A DNA stretch of 64,000 nt from assembly GCA_963815285.1 (NCBI GenBank), contig CAWFGB010000003.1:52027-116026 (forward strand), given 5' to 3'. The DNA comes from an uncultured Acidobacteriota bacterium. Its GTDB lineage: Bacteria > Acidobacteriota > Vicinamibacteria > Vicinamibacterales > UBA2999. Numbering within the stretch: the first letter of the stretch is position 1; every line of letters starts with the position of its first letter. This document shows positions 1 to 8,703 of this stretch, piece after piece. The notes below the pieces were generated by a model. It worked only from the letters and a program-made list of their open reading frames with translations, was not told the DNA's origin and searched no databases. Made by a program: the position numbers and the translations under genes.

Positions 1-1577
1 CCAACGTGGCCAACCTGTTTCTCTCGCGCGCCATGCACCGGCGAAATGAGATGGCGCTGCGGGCCGCGCTTGGAGCCTCGCCGGCGCGAATCACCCGGTT
101 GGTCCTCACGGAGAGCGTGATCGCGGCACTTGCCGCCGGCGCCCTCGGACTCCTGGTCGGAAAGTGGGTAGCTCAGGTGCTGGTTGGACTCACACCGATC
201 GACGTGGCCCGGATGACGACAATCGGCGTCGACTGGCGCGTCGTCTTCTTTACGTTCGTCCTCTCGCTCTCGACGACTGTCCTGTTTGGCGGGGCCGCCG
301 CCTGGCCGGCCGCGCGCGCCCGACTCGGAGAGGCGCTGAAGGAGAGTCCGCGAACCAGCTCCGGCCGAAGCCGGAGCCGGCACGGGCTTCTCGCCGCCCA
401 ATCCGCGTTCTCGATGATGCTGCTCATCGCCGCGGCCCTGCTCGTCGCAACGTTGATTGGATTGATGCGCGTCGACGCCGGGTTCGATCCCGAAAACCTC
501 GTTGCGATCCGGCTCCCCTCGAAACCGGCTGGATACGAGACCGCCGAGGACGTATGGGAGTTCCAGCGGCGCGTCATGCAGCAACTCGAAGGCTCTCCCG
601 CCATCAGCTCGGTCGCCGGAGCGAGCAGCCTGCCGCTCGAACGAGGCGTCAACACGCCGATGTCAATCGACGGCCGTCCCGACGTCAGAGCGACCGTCGA
701 GTGGCGGGCCGTGACGCCCGGCTACTTCGAGACGCTCGGCATCGCGTTGCGTGCGGGCCGAACGTTCGACGAGACCGATCTCGCAGGTGGCTCGCCTGTC
801 GCGATCGTTAACGAGGCTTTCGCGCGAAGGTACTTCCCTGACGGGAACGCGATCGGTCAGCGGCTCGAGGCCGTGCGCGTCAAGGGCGGGATCATCGATT
901 CGTCCCGCGAGAGCCCGGCCATGGAGATCGTCGGGATCGTCGGGGATATTCGCGAAGTATCCCTGCGGTCGGAGCCGCGCCGGACGATGTACGTGCCGCA
1001 GGCGCAGGCTTCGACATACCTGTCCAACGTGTTGCGCACGATGCCCGTATTCATCGCCACGCGCCGGTCGGCTACCCACAACATCGAGGCCGTGTTTAGA
1101 CAGGCGATGCGCGCAGTCGATCCGGCCATCCCCGCGCCGCAGGTGTTTTCGTTCGACGTCGTCGTCGCGCGCTCGCTGGCGGCGGAGCGTTTCGGCGCCA
1201 CGCTCTTGTCGCTGCTTGCGGCACTCGCGCTCGCGCTGACGGCGTTTGGCATCTACGGTGTGCTCACCTACACGATTCAGCAACGCCGGCGGGAGATCGG
1301 TATCCGGATGGCGCTCGGAGCCAACCCACGAGACGTGACCCGGCTCGTAATGCTTCAAGGTTTGGCGCCAGTGCTCGTCGGAGCGTTCATCGGGACTCTC
1401 GGCGCCCTTGCCTTCTCCCGCACCGTCTCCGGGTTCCTGTGGGGCGTCACGCCGAGCGATTCGGCAGTGCTGATGACGGTGGCGGCGATGCTGCTCGGCA
1501 CGGCTGGCGCCGCGAGCTGGATTCCCGCGCGCGAGGCGGCAGCCGTCGATCCCGTCACGAGCTTGAACTGTGAATAG
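1..1577 (+). CDS. ADOP-family (MacB/FtsX-like) ABC permease, C-terminal portion; 5' end lies outside the window
   Basis: ORF 6..1577 is open to the window edge. TM clusters flank a MacB-like periplasmic domain (RYFPDGNAIGQRL, IVGIVGDIREVSL). A C-terminal FtsX-type 4-TM bundle is present. The architecture matches 43156..45783 and 46566..49184. Confidence 0.85.
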   Translation, partial: NVANLFLSRAMHRRNEMALRAALGASPARITRLVLTESVIAALAAGALGLLVGKWVAQVLVGLTPIDVARMTTIGVDWRVVFFTFVLSLSTTVLFGGAAAWPAARARLGEALKESPRTSSGRSRSRHGLLAAQSAFSMMLLIAAALLVATLIGLMRVDAGFDPENLVAIRLPSKPAGYETAEDVWEFQRRVMQQLEGSPAISSVAGASSLPLERGVNTPMSIDGRPDVRATVEWRAVTPGYFETLGIALRAGRTFDETDLAGGSPVAIVNEAFARRYFPDGNAIGQRLEAVRVKGGIIDSSRESPAMEIVGIVGDIREVSLRSEPRRTMYVPQAQASTYLSNVLRTMPVFIATRRSATHNIEAVFRQAMRAVDPAIPAPQVFSFDVVVARSLAAERFGATLLSLLAALALALTAFGIYGVLTYTIQQRRREIGIRMALGANPRDVTRLVMLQGLAPVLVGAFIGTLGALAFSRTVSGFLWGVTPSDSAVLMTVAAMLLGTAGAASWIPAREAAAVDPVTSLNCE

Positions 1578-1657
1578 ATCTGCGGCGCGAGAGCGAGGCT
1601 GCACGGGACGGGCCCGATGTCCCAGACAGCCCCGTCTTGACGAATCCAGTGTTCGCG

Positions 1658-2143
1658 CTACTGCTTCTCGAACACCGCGACGTTGTTGACCTTCTGGCCC
1701 TGCGCGTCCACGCCGGTCGTCGTCACCGTCCGCGTCTTGCCGTCTTTTTCGACGACATTTCGCTGCGTGGTCGTGGTCTTGCCGCCCTTCTTGTTCACCA
1801 TCTCCAGCGTGTGCGTGTCGATGCGCTTGACCGCCACCATGTCAGCGTTCGGGTTATTACCCGTCATCGGCGCGTCCTTGCCATCGAGGTTCGTCGTGTA
1901 GGAATACTGCTGCACGGGACCCGAAGCTGGCTCGTTCTTCACCGAGATGCGGTAACCCTGACCCGCTGCCTCGTAGGTCGATGTGACGCTCTTCGGCGCC
2001 GGACCGGGGCTGTACTTGCTCTTGGCGACGTTCATCCTCCAGGCGCCGACAAAAGGATCTTTCGATTGCGCGGAGGCCAGCACACCCACCGCGAACACCG
2101 CCGCCGCCAAAATCATCGTGACACGCGCAAGCCTGGGAGTCAT
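1658..2143 (-). CDS. Secreted hypothetical protein, lipocalin-like beta-barrel candidate (161 aa)
   Basis: Signal peptide MILAAAVFAVGVLASAQS. FVGAWRMNVAKSKY start and alternating beta-strand pattern. Codon third positions are GC-rich. The product name is tentative. Confidence 0.65.
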   Translation of the reverse strand: MTPRLARVTMILAAAVFAVGVLASAQSKDPFVGAWRMNVAKSKYSPGPAPKSVTSTYEAAGQGYRISVKNEPASGPVQQYSYTTNLDGKDAPMTGNNPNADMVAVKRIDTHTLEMVNKKGGKTTTTQRNVVEKDGKTRTVTTTGVDAQGQKVNNVAVFEKQ

Positions 2144-2312
2144 GCTTCCTCCTTGCCTCGGTACTGTTCAACGACACGCTCGCGATCCTGCCCGGGGTCG
2201 ACGAGCGACGATTGGGGTTAGAGGCGGCGACGCTATCACAAGTGCCGTGACGTCGCAATCACGATGGGCTGGTCGCACACCACAGCGCCAGCCCGCTCAA
2301 CCAACTGCGCAC

Positions 2313-3080
2313 TTACTGCGCGGACAGGAAGGCCGAACCCGACAGCATGGCGATCGCCTGGTAGCCGACGCCGCTCGGATGAATGCAGTCGGCCGCCACA
2401 AGGGTGTTCGCGCTGAACGCGAACGGCAGGAATACGTCGACCACTTGCGCGTTGTATTTCTCCGCCACGGATCGAATACGGTCGTTGAGACCGCGATCGA
2501 GGACGGTGCCCGCCAGTCCCTCGAGCGCGACGGTGCCCAGGGCCGCGATCTCTGGTGTGGCGCAGCCCGTCCGCAGCAGCGCGTTGTACTGCGTTCGCAT
2601 CAGGATCACGGCATCGGGTCCGAGCGCGTCGCGCAAGCCCCCGATGATGCGCTCGATCGTCTGCTCGACTTCATTCAGCAGCCCGTTCAATCGTCCGAGG
2701 CAGCTCTGGTTCTGACGACAGGCCGCGGCCTGCGGTCCGGTGACCACGTCGGTCAGGTCGATGCCGCCGCCGCCCCACGACACCACAACCGGCGCGTGTC
2801 CGGCTGCGGCGGCAAGGGCGTCAGGCAGCTGGTCCCGCCAAATCTGGCGTGTGTCCGCGAATGGTTCGCCGAAATTGTGCGTGTCGACGGGCGTGCCGAA
2901 AAACGTCGTGAGAAACGATCTGACCAACGGCGGGTATCCCATGCCGTCGGCGGCGATGTCGTCGCTAAGCCCAAACTCGATGGAATCTCCCAGAATGACG
3001 TACGACGGTGTTTGCTGTGCTGAAGCGGGCGCGATCAGGAAGGCAACGAGAAGCGCGCTGGCGAGGATGATGCGAGGCAT
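2313..3080 (-). CDS. Secreted SGNH/GDSL-family hydrolase
   Basis: Signal peptide MPRIILASALLVAFLIAPASA. Block I is ILGDSIEFG (GDS). Block V is DCIHPSGVGY (DxxH). ATG at 3080 is preceded by GGAGGG; the ORF track extends to a TTG at 3095. Confidence 0.85.
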   Translation of the reverse strand: MPRIILASALLVAFLIAPASAQQTPSYVILGDSIEFGLSDDIAADGMGYPPLVRSFLTTFFGTPVDTHNFGEPFADTRQIWRDQLPDALAAAAGHAPVVVSWGGGGIDLTDVVTGPQAAACRQNQSCLGRLNGLLNEVEQTIERIIGGLRDALGPDAVILMRTQYNALLRTGCATPEIAALGTVALEGLAGTVLDRGLNDRIRSVAEKYNAQVVDVFLPFAFSANTLVAADCIHPSGVGYQAIAMLSGSAFLSAQ

Positions 3081-3147
3081 TGTGCGTCCCTCCAAGGGTG
3101 ACTGCGACCGGCAGATCGTGAGGACGGCACTCTATCATGGGGTAGAT

Positions 3148-3449
3148 TGCGAGTACTTGCTTCGTCGTGCAGAACGCGTCACCGACGATCAGCGCGCGAT
3201 CCGCGTCTCGAAACAGCAACACGTGATGCCCCGGTGTGTGATCCACCGCCAGCCCGGCAAGACCGGAATCGTGCCGTCTCTGGGCAAGAGCGTGAGGCGT
3301 GTTCGAAGGTCACTAGGACTTGGTGGCGGCCGAGCGGTTCCTTCGTTGGGCCGCTGCAAACGCGCCACCGTCCCGCGACATTGATCGGTGGTGGCGCTCG
3401 CGCGCGGAATGACGCGTGGAGTCGTGCGTAGTCCCCGCGCCCGCGGCAC
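3148..3449 (-). pseudogene. Frameshifted, truncated remnant of a metallo-beta-lactamase-fold hydrolase
   Basis: Two minus-strand frames join into an MBL-like string. Frame of ORF 3189..3449 gives LTLLPRDGTIPVLPGWRWI. Frame of ORF 2965..3246 gives DHTPGHHVLLFRDADRALIVGDAF. There is no intact N-terminal HxHxDH block, and the C-terminus runs into the SGNH gene. Confidence 0.4.
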
Positions 3450-3467
3450 TAGCCAACCACGGCGTGG

Positions 3468-4394
3468 ATGGTTAAAGTAACGGCCAGAGGTTCACCGGTG
3501 GCCATCACACGCGTTCTGTTGCTTCTCGGCAGCGTCTTTCTCTTCAGCTCGACAGCTCCAGCCCATCACACGGCGATCGCGGCCGCTCCGCAAGCGGCGG
3601 CGGCCGCTGCCAAACAGGTCACTTCGCAAATCACCGTGACCTTGCCTCAGGAGGACGCCGAGCTGCTCATGGATGAGCAAACGGTCAGCGGCGTCGGCGG
3701 TAAGCGCACATTCTCGAGTCCTCCCCTACGCGGCGGCGACACCTATACCTACACGTTCACGGCCAAGTGGGCGCCCAACACCTACACCAACATGACCCGC
3801 AGCCGGAAGATCTCGTTTCGCGCGGGCGAGCCAGTGACCCTCGATCTGTCCGTTGAGGACCCCACGGATCGGGTTCGTGTCATTTACGTTCCCACGCCCG
3901 ATGACATCGCCGCCGAGATGGTCAAACTCGCCGGCGTGACCGCCAACGACGTGGCTTTCGAGCCGGGGTGCGGCGATGCCCGCATCACCATCGCTGCCGT
4001 CAAGGGCGGCGCCAAACGCGGCGTCGGCATCGACATCGATCCCGACCGAGTGACTGAGTCCCGCGCGAATGTCAAACAGGCGGGCCTCGACAACAAGATC
4101 GAAATCAGACTCGGCGATGCACTCGACATCCGCGATCTGTCGACTGCCACCGTGGTGTTCCTCTACATGGGCGAACACTTCAACATGCTCATCCGCCCCA
4201 TCCTGTGGAGGGAGCTCCCCGTCGGCGCCCGCATCGTGTCGCATCGCTTCACCATGGGCGACTGGAATCCGGATAAGACCGTCACGGTGGCGAGCAGCGG
4301 AGGCGGCGATTACGACCTCCACCTCTGGACCATCACGCAGGACGTCAAACGCAGAGTGCCCAAGGGCCGAGGCGCTGAGACGTTCGCGCCGTGA
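3468..4394 (+). CDS. TIGR03000-type domain fused to a class I SAM-dependent methyltransferase, with N-terminal signal/anchor
   Basis: N-terminal hydrophobic segment VAITRVLLLLGSVFLFSSTAPA. TIGR03000-like module ITVTLPQEDAELLMDEQTVSG..GDTYTYTFTAKW..ISFRAGEPVTLDLS. MTase motif I VAFEPGCGDARITI and GVGIDIDPDRV. Confidence 0.8.
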   Translation: MVKVTARGSPVAITRVLLLLGSVFLFSSTAPAHHTAIAAAPQAAAAAAKQVTSQITVTLPQEDAELLMDEQTVSGVGGKRTFSSPPLRGGDTYTYTFTAKWAPNTYTNMTRSRKISFRAGEPVTLDLSVEDPTDRVRVIYVPTPDDIAAEMVKLAGVTANDVAFEPGCGDARITIAAVKGGAKRGVGIDIDPDRVTESRANVKQAGLDNKIEIRLGDALDIRDLSTATVVFLYMGEHFNMLIRPILWRELPVGARIVSHRFTMGDWNPDKTVTVASSGGGDYDLHLWTITQDVKRRVPKGRGAETFAP

Positions 4395-5305
4395 GCGGCG
4401 CCGCGGATAACGGCGTCTGGCCGGCCCTGCCGTACGACGCGTGGAAAGACACCTACGCCACGCTGCACATGTGGTCACAGGTGATCGGAAAAGTAGTGCT
4501 CGCCCGAGCCGCGCCCCTCAATCACAGCTGGGGCATTACCCTGCTCGTCACCGCGCGCGGCCTGACGACGCGCGCCCTGTCGCACGGCAGTCGATCGTTC
4601 ACGATGACGTTCGACTTCATCGATCATCAGCTGGTGATCGACACCTCCGATGGCGACCGCCGCCAGCTGCCGCTCGAGCCTCGCCCGGTAGCGGACTTCT
4701 ATCGCGAGGTCATGGCTTTGCTGGCGGCAATGGGGCTGCCAGTCAGAATCTGGCCGATGCCCGTCGAGATCCCCGATCCGATCCGATTCGACCAAGACAG
4801 GGTCCACCACTCGTACGATCCGGAGTGGGCCAACCGCTTCTGGCGCATCCTCGTGCAGGTGGAACGGGTGTTCACCTCGTCGCGCGGCGATTTCATCGGC
4901 AAGTGCAGCCCGGTTCACTTCTTCTGGGGCGGCTTCGATCTGGCGGTCACGCGTTTTTCGGGCCGGCCTGCGCCACCTCGCGACGGTCCGGCATTCATGC
5001 GCGAAGCCTACTCGCATGAAGTGATCAGTCACGGCTTCTGGCCGGGCAGCGGGCCACTGACCGAGGCCGCCTTTTATGCCTACGCGGTGCCCGAGCCGCC
5101 AGGACTCAAAACCGAACGCGTGCAGCCGGAGGCGGCGTACTATCACCCGGAGTTGAACGAGTTTGTGCTGCCTTACGAGGCGGTGCGCACGGCCGCGTCG
5201 CCCGATGCGGCCATCGCCGCCTTCGTCGAGAGCACGTACGATCGCGCGGCTACCCTGGCCGAGTGGGATCGCGCCACGTTGGAGGGAAGCGGGCGCCCGC
5301 GTTGA
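4391..5305 (+). CDS. DUF5996-family protein
   Basis: N-terminal WPALPYDAWKDTYATLHMWSQVIGKVVLA matches my memory of DUF5996. The GTG start overlaps the upstream stop (GTGA at 4391-4394). Confidence 0.7.
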   Translation: MSGAADNGVWPALPYDAWKDTYATLHMWSQVIGKVVLARAAPLNHSWGITLLVTARGLTTRALSHGSRSFTMTFDFIDHQLVIDTSDGDRRQLPLEPRPVADFYREVMALLAAMGLPVRIWPMPVEIPDPIRFDQDRVHHSYDPEWANRFWRILVQVERVFTSSRGDFIGKCSPVHFFWGGFDLAVTRFSGRPAPPRDGPAFMREAYSHEVISHGFWPGSGPLTEAAFYAYAVPEPPGLKTERVQPEAAYYHPELNEFVLPYEAVRTAASPDAAIAAFVESTYDRAATLAEWDRATLEGSGRPR

Positions 5306-5348
5306 CGGGCAGACTCCTGGCTCAAGGACGCTGCGGTGCCGGCGTCGG

Positions 5349-6251
5349 TCAAGACGTCGGAGGCGCGATGTTGATCTGAACCCGCTTCCTGAACTTCACC
5401 GGGACGCCGTTCAAGGTCGCCGGCTGGTACTGCCATTTGTTTACGGCAGCCAAAACCAGCTTGTCGTACGAACTCGCCACCGCCACGACCATCGTCGCCG
5501 ATTCGACGGTGCCTTTCTCGTCGATCACAACTTCGATGACGCCCTTGATGCCTTCGGACCGGACAACACCAGGATATCGGGGCATCTCTTGGGTAACGGT
5601 GACCGGAGCCCGTACCCCAGCGTCCTCACCTGTGTAGATTCGCGGTGGCAGGTTGACCGGCGGCTCGGGCGCCGGAGCCGCCGGCGGCGGTGGTGGTGGC
5701 GGCGGTATCGACTTGAGGCTCAGGTTGTGGAAACCGGTCGCCAGCGTACGGAGATCAGATAGCGGCGGCTGGCTCGCGGCCATGCTGATGTCAGGATCGT
5801 CAAGCGCCTCGAGAACACGCTTGAACGCCGCCGCCGCGGTCTCGAATTCTCCGCGTTCGAACGTGCCCTTGGCCTCGTCATATCGCTGCTGCACGACCGA
5901 CGGCAGCACCCGCTTCTTGACCTCGCTGAACGCACTGCGCGTGCGCGGCGGCAGGTCCGCATCGGGTCTATAGAGCGGGTCGCGCGCGATGATGGCCTCG
6001 ATAGCTCGATCGGCATCGTCGCGGCGTCCGACGGCGAGGAGGCAGAGCGAGCGATAGAGATCGATCGACTGACGCTGGTCCTTTGGCGGCGCCCCATCCG
6101 ACAAGCGGTCCAGCACGTTGAGCGCTTCATCGTATTGCGCCGACGCATAAAGGTCGCGCGCCGCCGAAAGCGGATCCTGTGCGTGCAGCGGCGGCGCGGT
6201 GAGCACGCCGAACAACACGGCGAGGGCCAATCTCCGCACCAGCATGGTCAC
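5349..6251 (-). CDS. Periplasmic TPR-like / proline-rich / TonB C-terminal domain protein
   Basis: Signal peptide LALAVLFGVLTAPPLHAQ. TPR-like helices (YASAQYDEALNVLDRL). PPPPPPPPAAPAPEPP linker. TonB_C-like YPGVVRSEGIKGVIEVVIDEKGTVE..AAVNKWQYQPATLNGVPV. The start overlaps the upstream stop (GTGA). Confidence 0.8.
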   Translation of the reverse strand: MTMLVRRLALAVLFGVLTAPPLHAQDPLSAARDLYASAQYDEALNVLDRLSDGAPPKDQRQSIDLYRSLCLLAVGRRDDADRAIEAIIARDPLYRPDADLPPRTRSAFSEVKKRVLPSVVQQRYDEAKGTFERGEFETAAAAFKRVLEALDDPDISMAASQPPLSDLRTLATGFHNLSLKSIPPPPPPPPAAPAPEPPVNLPPRIYTGEDAGVRAPVTVTQEMPRYPGVVRSEGIKGVIEVVIDEKGTVESATMVVAVASSYDKLVLAAVNKWQYQPATLNGVPVKFRKRVQINIAPPTS

Positions 6252-8443
6252 TTCTTCCTCAGGTCGACGGTTACACGCGCCGGAGCCGTGGCGGTCACCG
6301 TTGCGCGAACCACTTGTTCACCCAGCTCGGGGTGACGAAAGATGACCTCGTGAGTGCCAATCGGCACGGTCACGCTGCCGATGGGTGTCTCACCAAGCGG
6401 CTTGCCGTTGACCCACACTTCAGCCCAGGGCTGCGCGTTCAGCGCCATCGTGCCGTTCGGCCATTCGAGACGGACCGGCGACACTTTGCCTGGGGCGACC
6501 GTGACCGATCGCTGCAGTCGGTAGCCGAGCGGCTCGTTCACAATCTCCAGCGAGTGCGGTCCAGCCGACACCATGATGCGATCGCTTCGGCTGGTGCCGA
6601 GCAGACGCCCATCCTCGTAGACCTGCAGTTCGGCCGGTGCCACGATCGAGACCCAGCCAGACACCGGCACGCCCTGCGGCGGCGTCAGCGGCACGACCAG
6701 TGACGCCCTGACACCGGATTCGATGATCACGTCTTGAGTAACTGAGCTCAGGTCGTTCTGCAAGGTGACGCTAAGCGTCCCCGGGGTGAGCCCGTCGATC
6801 GTGAGCGGTGTGGTCCCCCGCAAGGTGTTGTCAATCATCACGCGGGCGCCGGCCGGCTCGGTGTGCACCATCAACTGCCCTGTCAGCGGCACCGCCTTGG
6901 GCACTTCAATCGCCTGCGCAACCGTGCTTCCTGCCGCGACGGTAAAGGGAATGACGCGCGGCTCGCCCTCGGTCGCGATTTTCAGTTCGTGCGCGCCGGG
7001 CGTGAGCTCGAGGGTCAGCGGCGAGACGCCGCGCGGCTGCCCGTTGATGAACACCTGATAGCCCGGCGGATTGGTGGTGACGACGAGCGTGCCCGGCGCT
7101 TCGGCCGAGGCCGACGGCAGAAAATACTGTCGGCCAAACAGCGCCCCTCCAGCAGCGAGTAGCACCAGAACAGCGGCGGCGGCCATCCAGCGCCTGGCTG
7201 TTAGCGGACTCGTCTTTTCCCGGAAGTCATCCTCCGGCGGCGCGAATCCGAGAGGCCCGGTGAATGGTTCGGCAGACGCCGGCTCTGGCTCGAACGCCCG
7301 CGACACCAGCGGAGCGGCCGCCACTATCGGAAGGTCAGGGGTCGCGGCGGGTGTGGCCACCGGCGCCGGTTGAATCGGCGGCGCCGGTGCTTCATCGGCT
7401 GGAGGGTGAGAGAAGTCTGCCGAGTGGGTTGGGACTACCGGGCTTCCGAGATCCGCAGGTGGCGGCGCTGACGATGGCGACGGTGCCGCGGAATCCGGGG
7501 ACGTCGGTTCCACGGCCTCTGCTTTCGTGCCGGCGTCGCTCGCGGCAGCCTTCATGGCGTAATTCGCCATGACTGACTCCAATGCCACGAATGATGCGCC
7601 GTTATCGCGCGCGCCGAGGATGTCTTCCAGGTCCGCCCAGGCGTCGACTGCGGATGCGAATGCCTGCTGCGTGTCGAACTGCAGCATGCGGAACAGCCAG
7701 GCGCGGAACTCAATCGGCAACGGTGCGACCGTGGAGTCGGCAGCATCGGGCCACGCCCGTTCGGTGAGTTCCTCGAGTTGATTCGGGTACTCCACCAGCT
7801 CGATGCGGCGGCCGAGAATCAGCTCCAGGGCCAGCGTGCCAATCTGCATGACATCGGCGCGCTGGTCGAATACCCGCTGCCCGGTCGGGAGCGCCACGTG
7901 CAGCTCCTTCCAGTACTGCGCCGACGAGTATTGCAGCTGCTCCAACGCCGCCCCGAATACGTGGTCGGCGACGACCACCCGCGCGTCGGGCGTGATGATG
8001 ATTCGTTCTACCGAAATGCCGCCGTGCGCGATCCCGGGCAGCTTCTCGTGTAACAGCGCGATGGCCGCCACGATCTGGCGGATCAGATACAGCGTGGCAT
8101 TGAGCTCGAGTGGCTCGGACCACCGTTGAGCGGCGAGGACGCTGGACAGACGCGTGCCCGGCACGCGGTCATACACCACGAAAAGTGCCGCGCCGGTCTG
8201 CTTGATGCGCTGCACGCTCCGAACGTGTGAAAACCAGGACGTCTGAAGGCCGGCGAGCGCGGCGACCCGTTCTCGCAGGTTGAGCTCGAAGGCGTCGGTC
8301 CCGAACTGATGCCGCAATTCGAGCACTTCGAGCAACTCGCCGCCAGGGGCCTGGGCATGATGTCGTTTGCCGAGTCCGTCTTCGAACACGGCGCGTCGGA
8401 GGGCCGGGGTGCTGGGTGGCATGGGCGCTGCTCGCATGTCCAA
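6248..8443 (-). CDS. Membrane protein: degenerate protein-kinase-like domain, one TM helix, four PEGA repeats
   Basis: Kinase-like core with LHEKLPGIAHGGISVERIIITPDARVVVADHVFG (HRD Asp and DFG are degenerate; no GxGxxG). Pro/Ala linker, TM WMAAAAVLVLLAAGGALFG. Four PEGA-like units (e.g. GTLVVTTNPPGYQVFINGQPRGVSPLTLELTPGAHEL). Confidence 0.8.
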   Translation of the reverse strand: MDMRAAPMPPSTPALRRAVFEDGLGKRHHAQAPGGELLEVLELRHQFGTDAFELNLRERVAALAGLQTSWFSHVRSVQRIKQTGAALFVVYDRVPGTRLSSVLAAQRWSEPLELNATLYLIRQIVAAIALLHEKLPGIAHGGISVERIIITPDARVVVADHVFGAALEQLQYSSAQYWKELHVALPTGQRVFDQRADVMQIGTLALELILGRRIELVEYPNQLEELTERAWPDAADSTVAPLPIEFRAWLFRMLQFDTQQAFASAVDAWADLEDILGARDNGASFVALESVMANYAMKAAASDAGTKAEAVEPTSPDSAAPSPSSAPPPADLGSPVVPTHSADFSHPPADEAPAPPIQPAPVATPAATPDLPIVAAAPLVSRAFEPEPASAEPFTGPLGFAPPEDDFREKTSPLTARRWMAAAAVLVLLAAGGALFGRQYFLPSASAEAPGTLVVTTNPPGYQVFINGQPRGVSPLTLELTPGAHELKIATEGEPRVIPFTVAAGSTVAQAIEVPKAVPLTGQLMVHTEPAGARVMIDNTLRGTTPLTIDGLTPGTLSVTLQNDLSSVTQDVIIESGVRASLVVPLTPPQGVPVSGWVSIVAPAELQVYEDGRLLGTSRSDRIMVSAGPHSLEIVNEPLGYRLQRSVTVAPGKVSPVRLEWPNGTMALNAQPWAEVWVNGKPLGETPIGSVTVPIGTHEVIFRHPELGEQVVRATVTATAPARVTVDLRKK

Positions 8444-8703
8444 ATTTCGTACCTACGGACGCCGCCTGCCCACTTGCTCGAAATACCCAAAGAGATCGGC
8501 ATATCGCACACCGCAGGCCGCGCGCGACGAAAACTGAAACCGCTCCGCTGCTTACAGAACCGTCATCGGACAGTCATTTTTGTCGGTGGGTAGATCTCAC
8601 GCGCCAACGCGCGCAATTGTGCCTGACGCCCAACGTTCCCGGCGGAAGTGCGCGAACGCGCCCTCGGCGGTATAGTGCCAGCAGGCCTTGGAGACCCCAT
8701 GAA

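Noticed and set aside
476-492. tRNA T-arm-like string GGGTTCGATCCCG.
   Set aside because: - It lies inside the ADOP permease coding frame (DAGFDPENL).
- There is no acceptor stem, D-arm or anticodon arm around it.
1600-1650. Possible terminator hairpin GACGGG...CCCGTC between the convergent genes at 1577 and 1658.
   Set aside because: It has only a 6-bp stem, a loop of about 20 nt and no T-tract. This is too weak to call.
8416-8703. The 5' extension of the DUF2207 ORF. Analogous 5' extensions occur in the ORF track at 19592-19753, 20521-21300, 27777-27923, 29413-29574, 33017-33592 and 46185-46565.
   Set aside because: - The extensions overlap upstream genes or promoter or repeat DNA.
- They encode Arg/Pro-rich nonsense.
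- They precede obvious signal peptides or conserved N-termini that have their own start codons and Shine-Dalgarno sequences.
8444-8703. A TATAGT (-10-like) hexamer near 8671 in the divergent region upstream of the DUF2207 gene.
   Set aside because: - There is no convincing -35 element at the right spacing.
- Acidobacterial promoter consensus is not well enough defined for a call from sequence alone.
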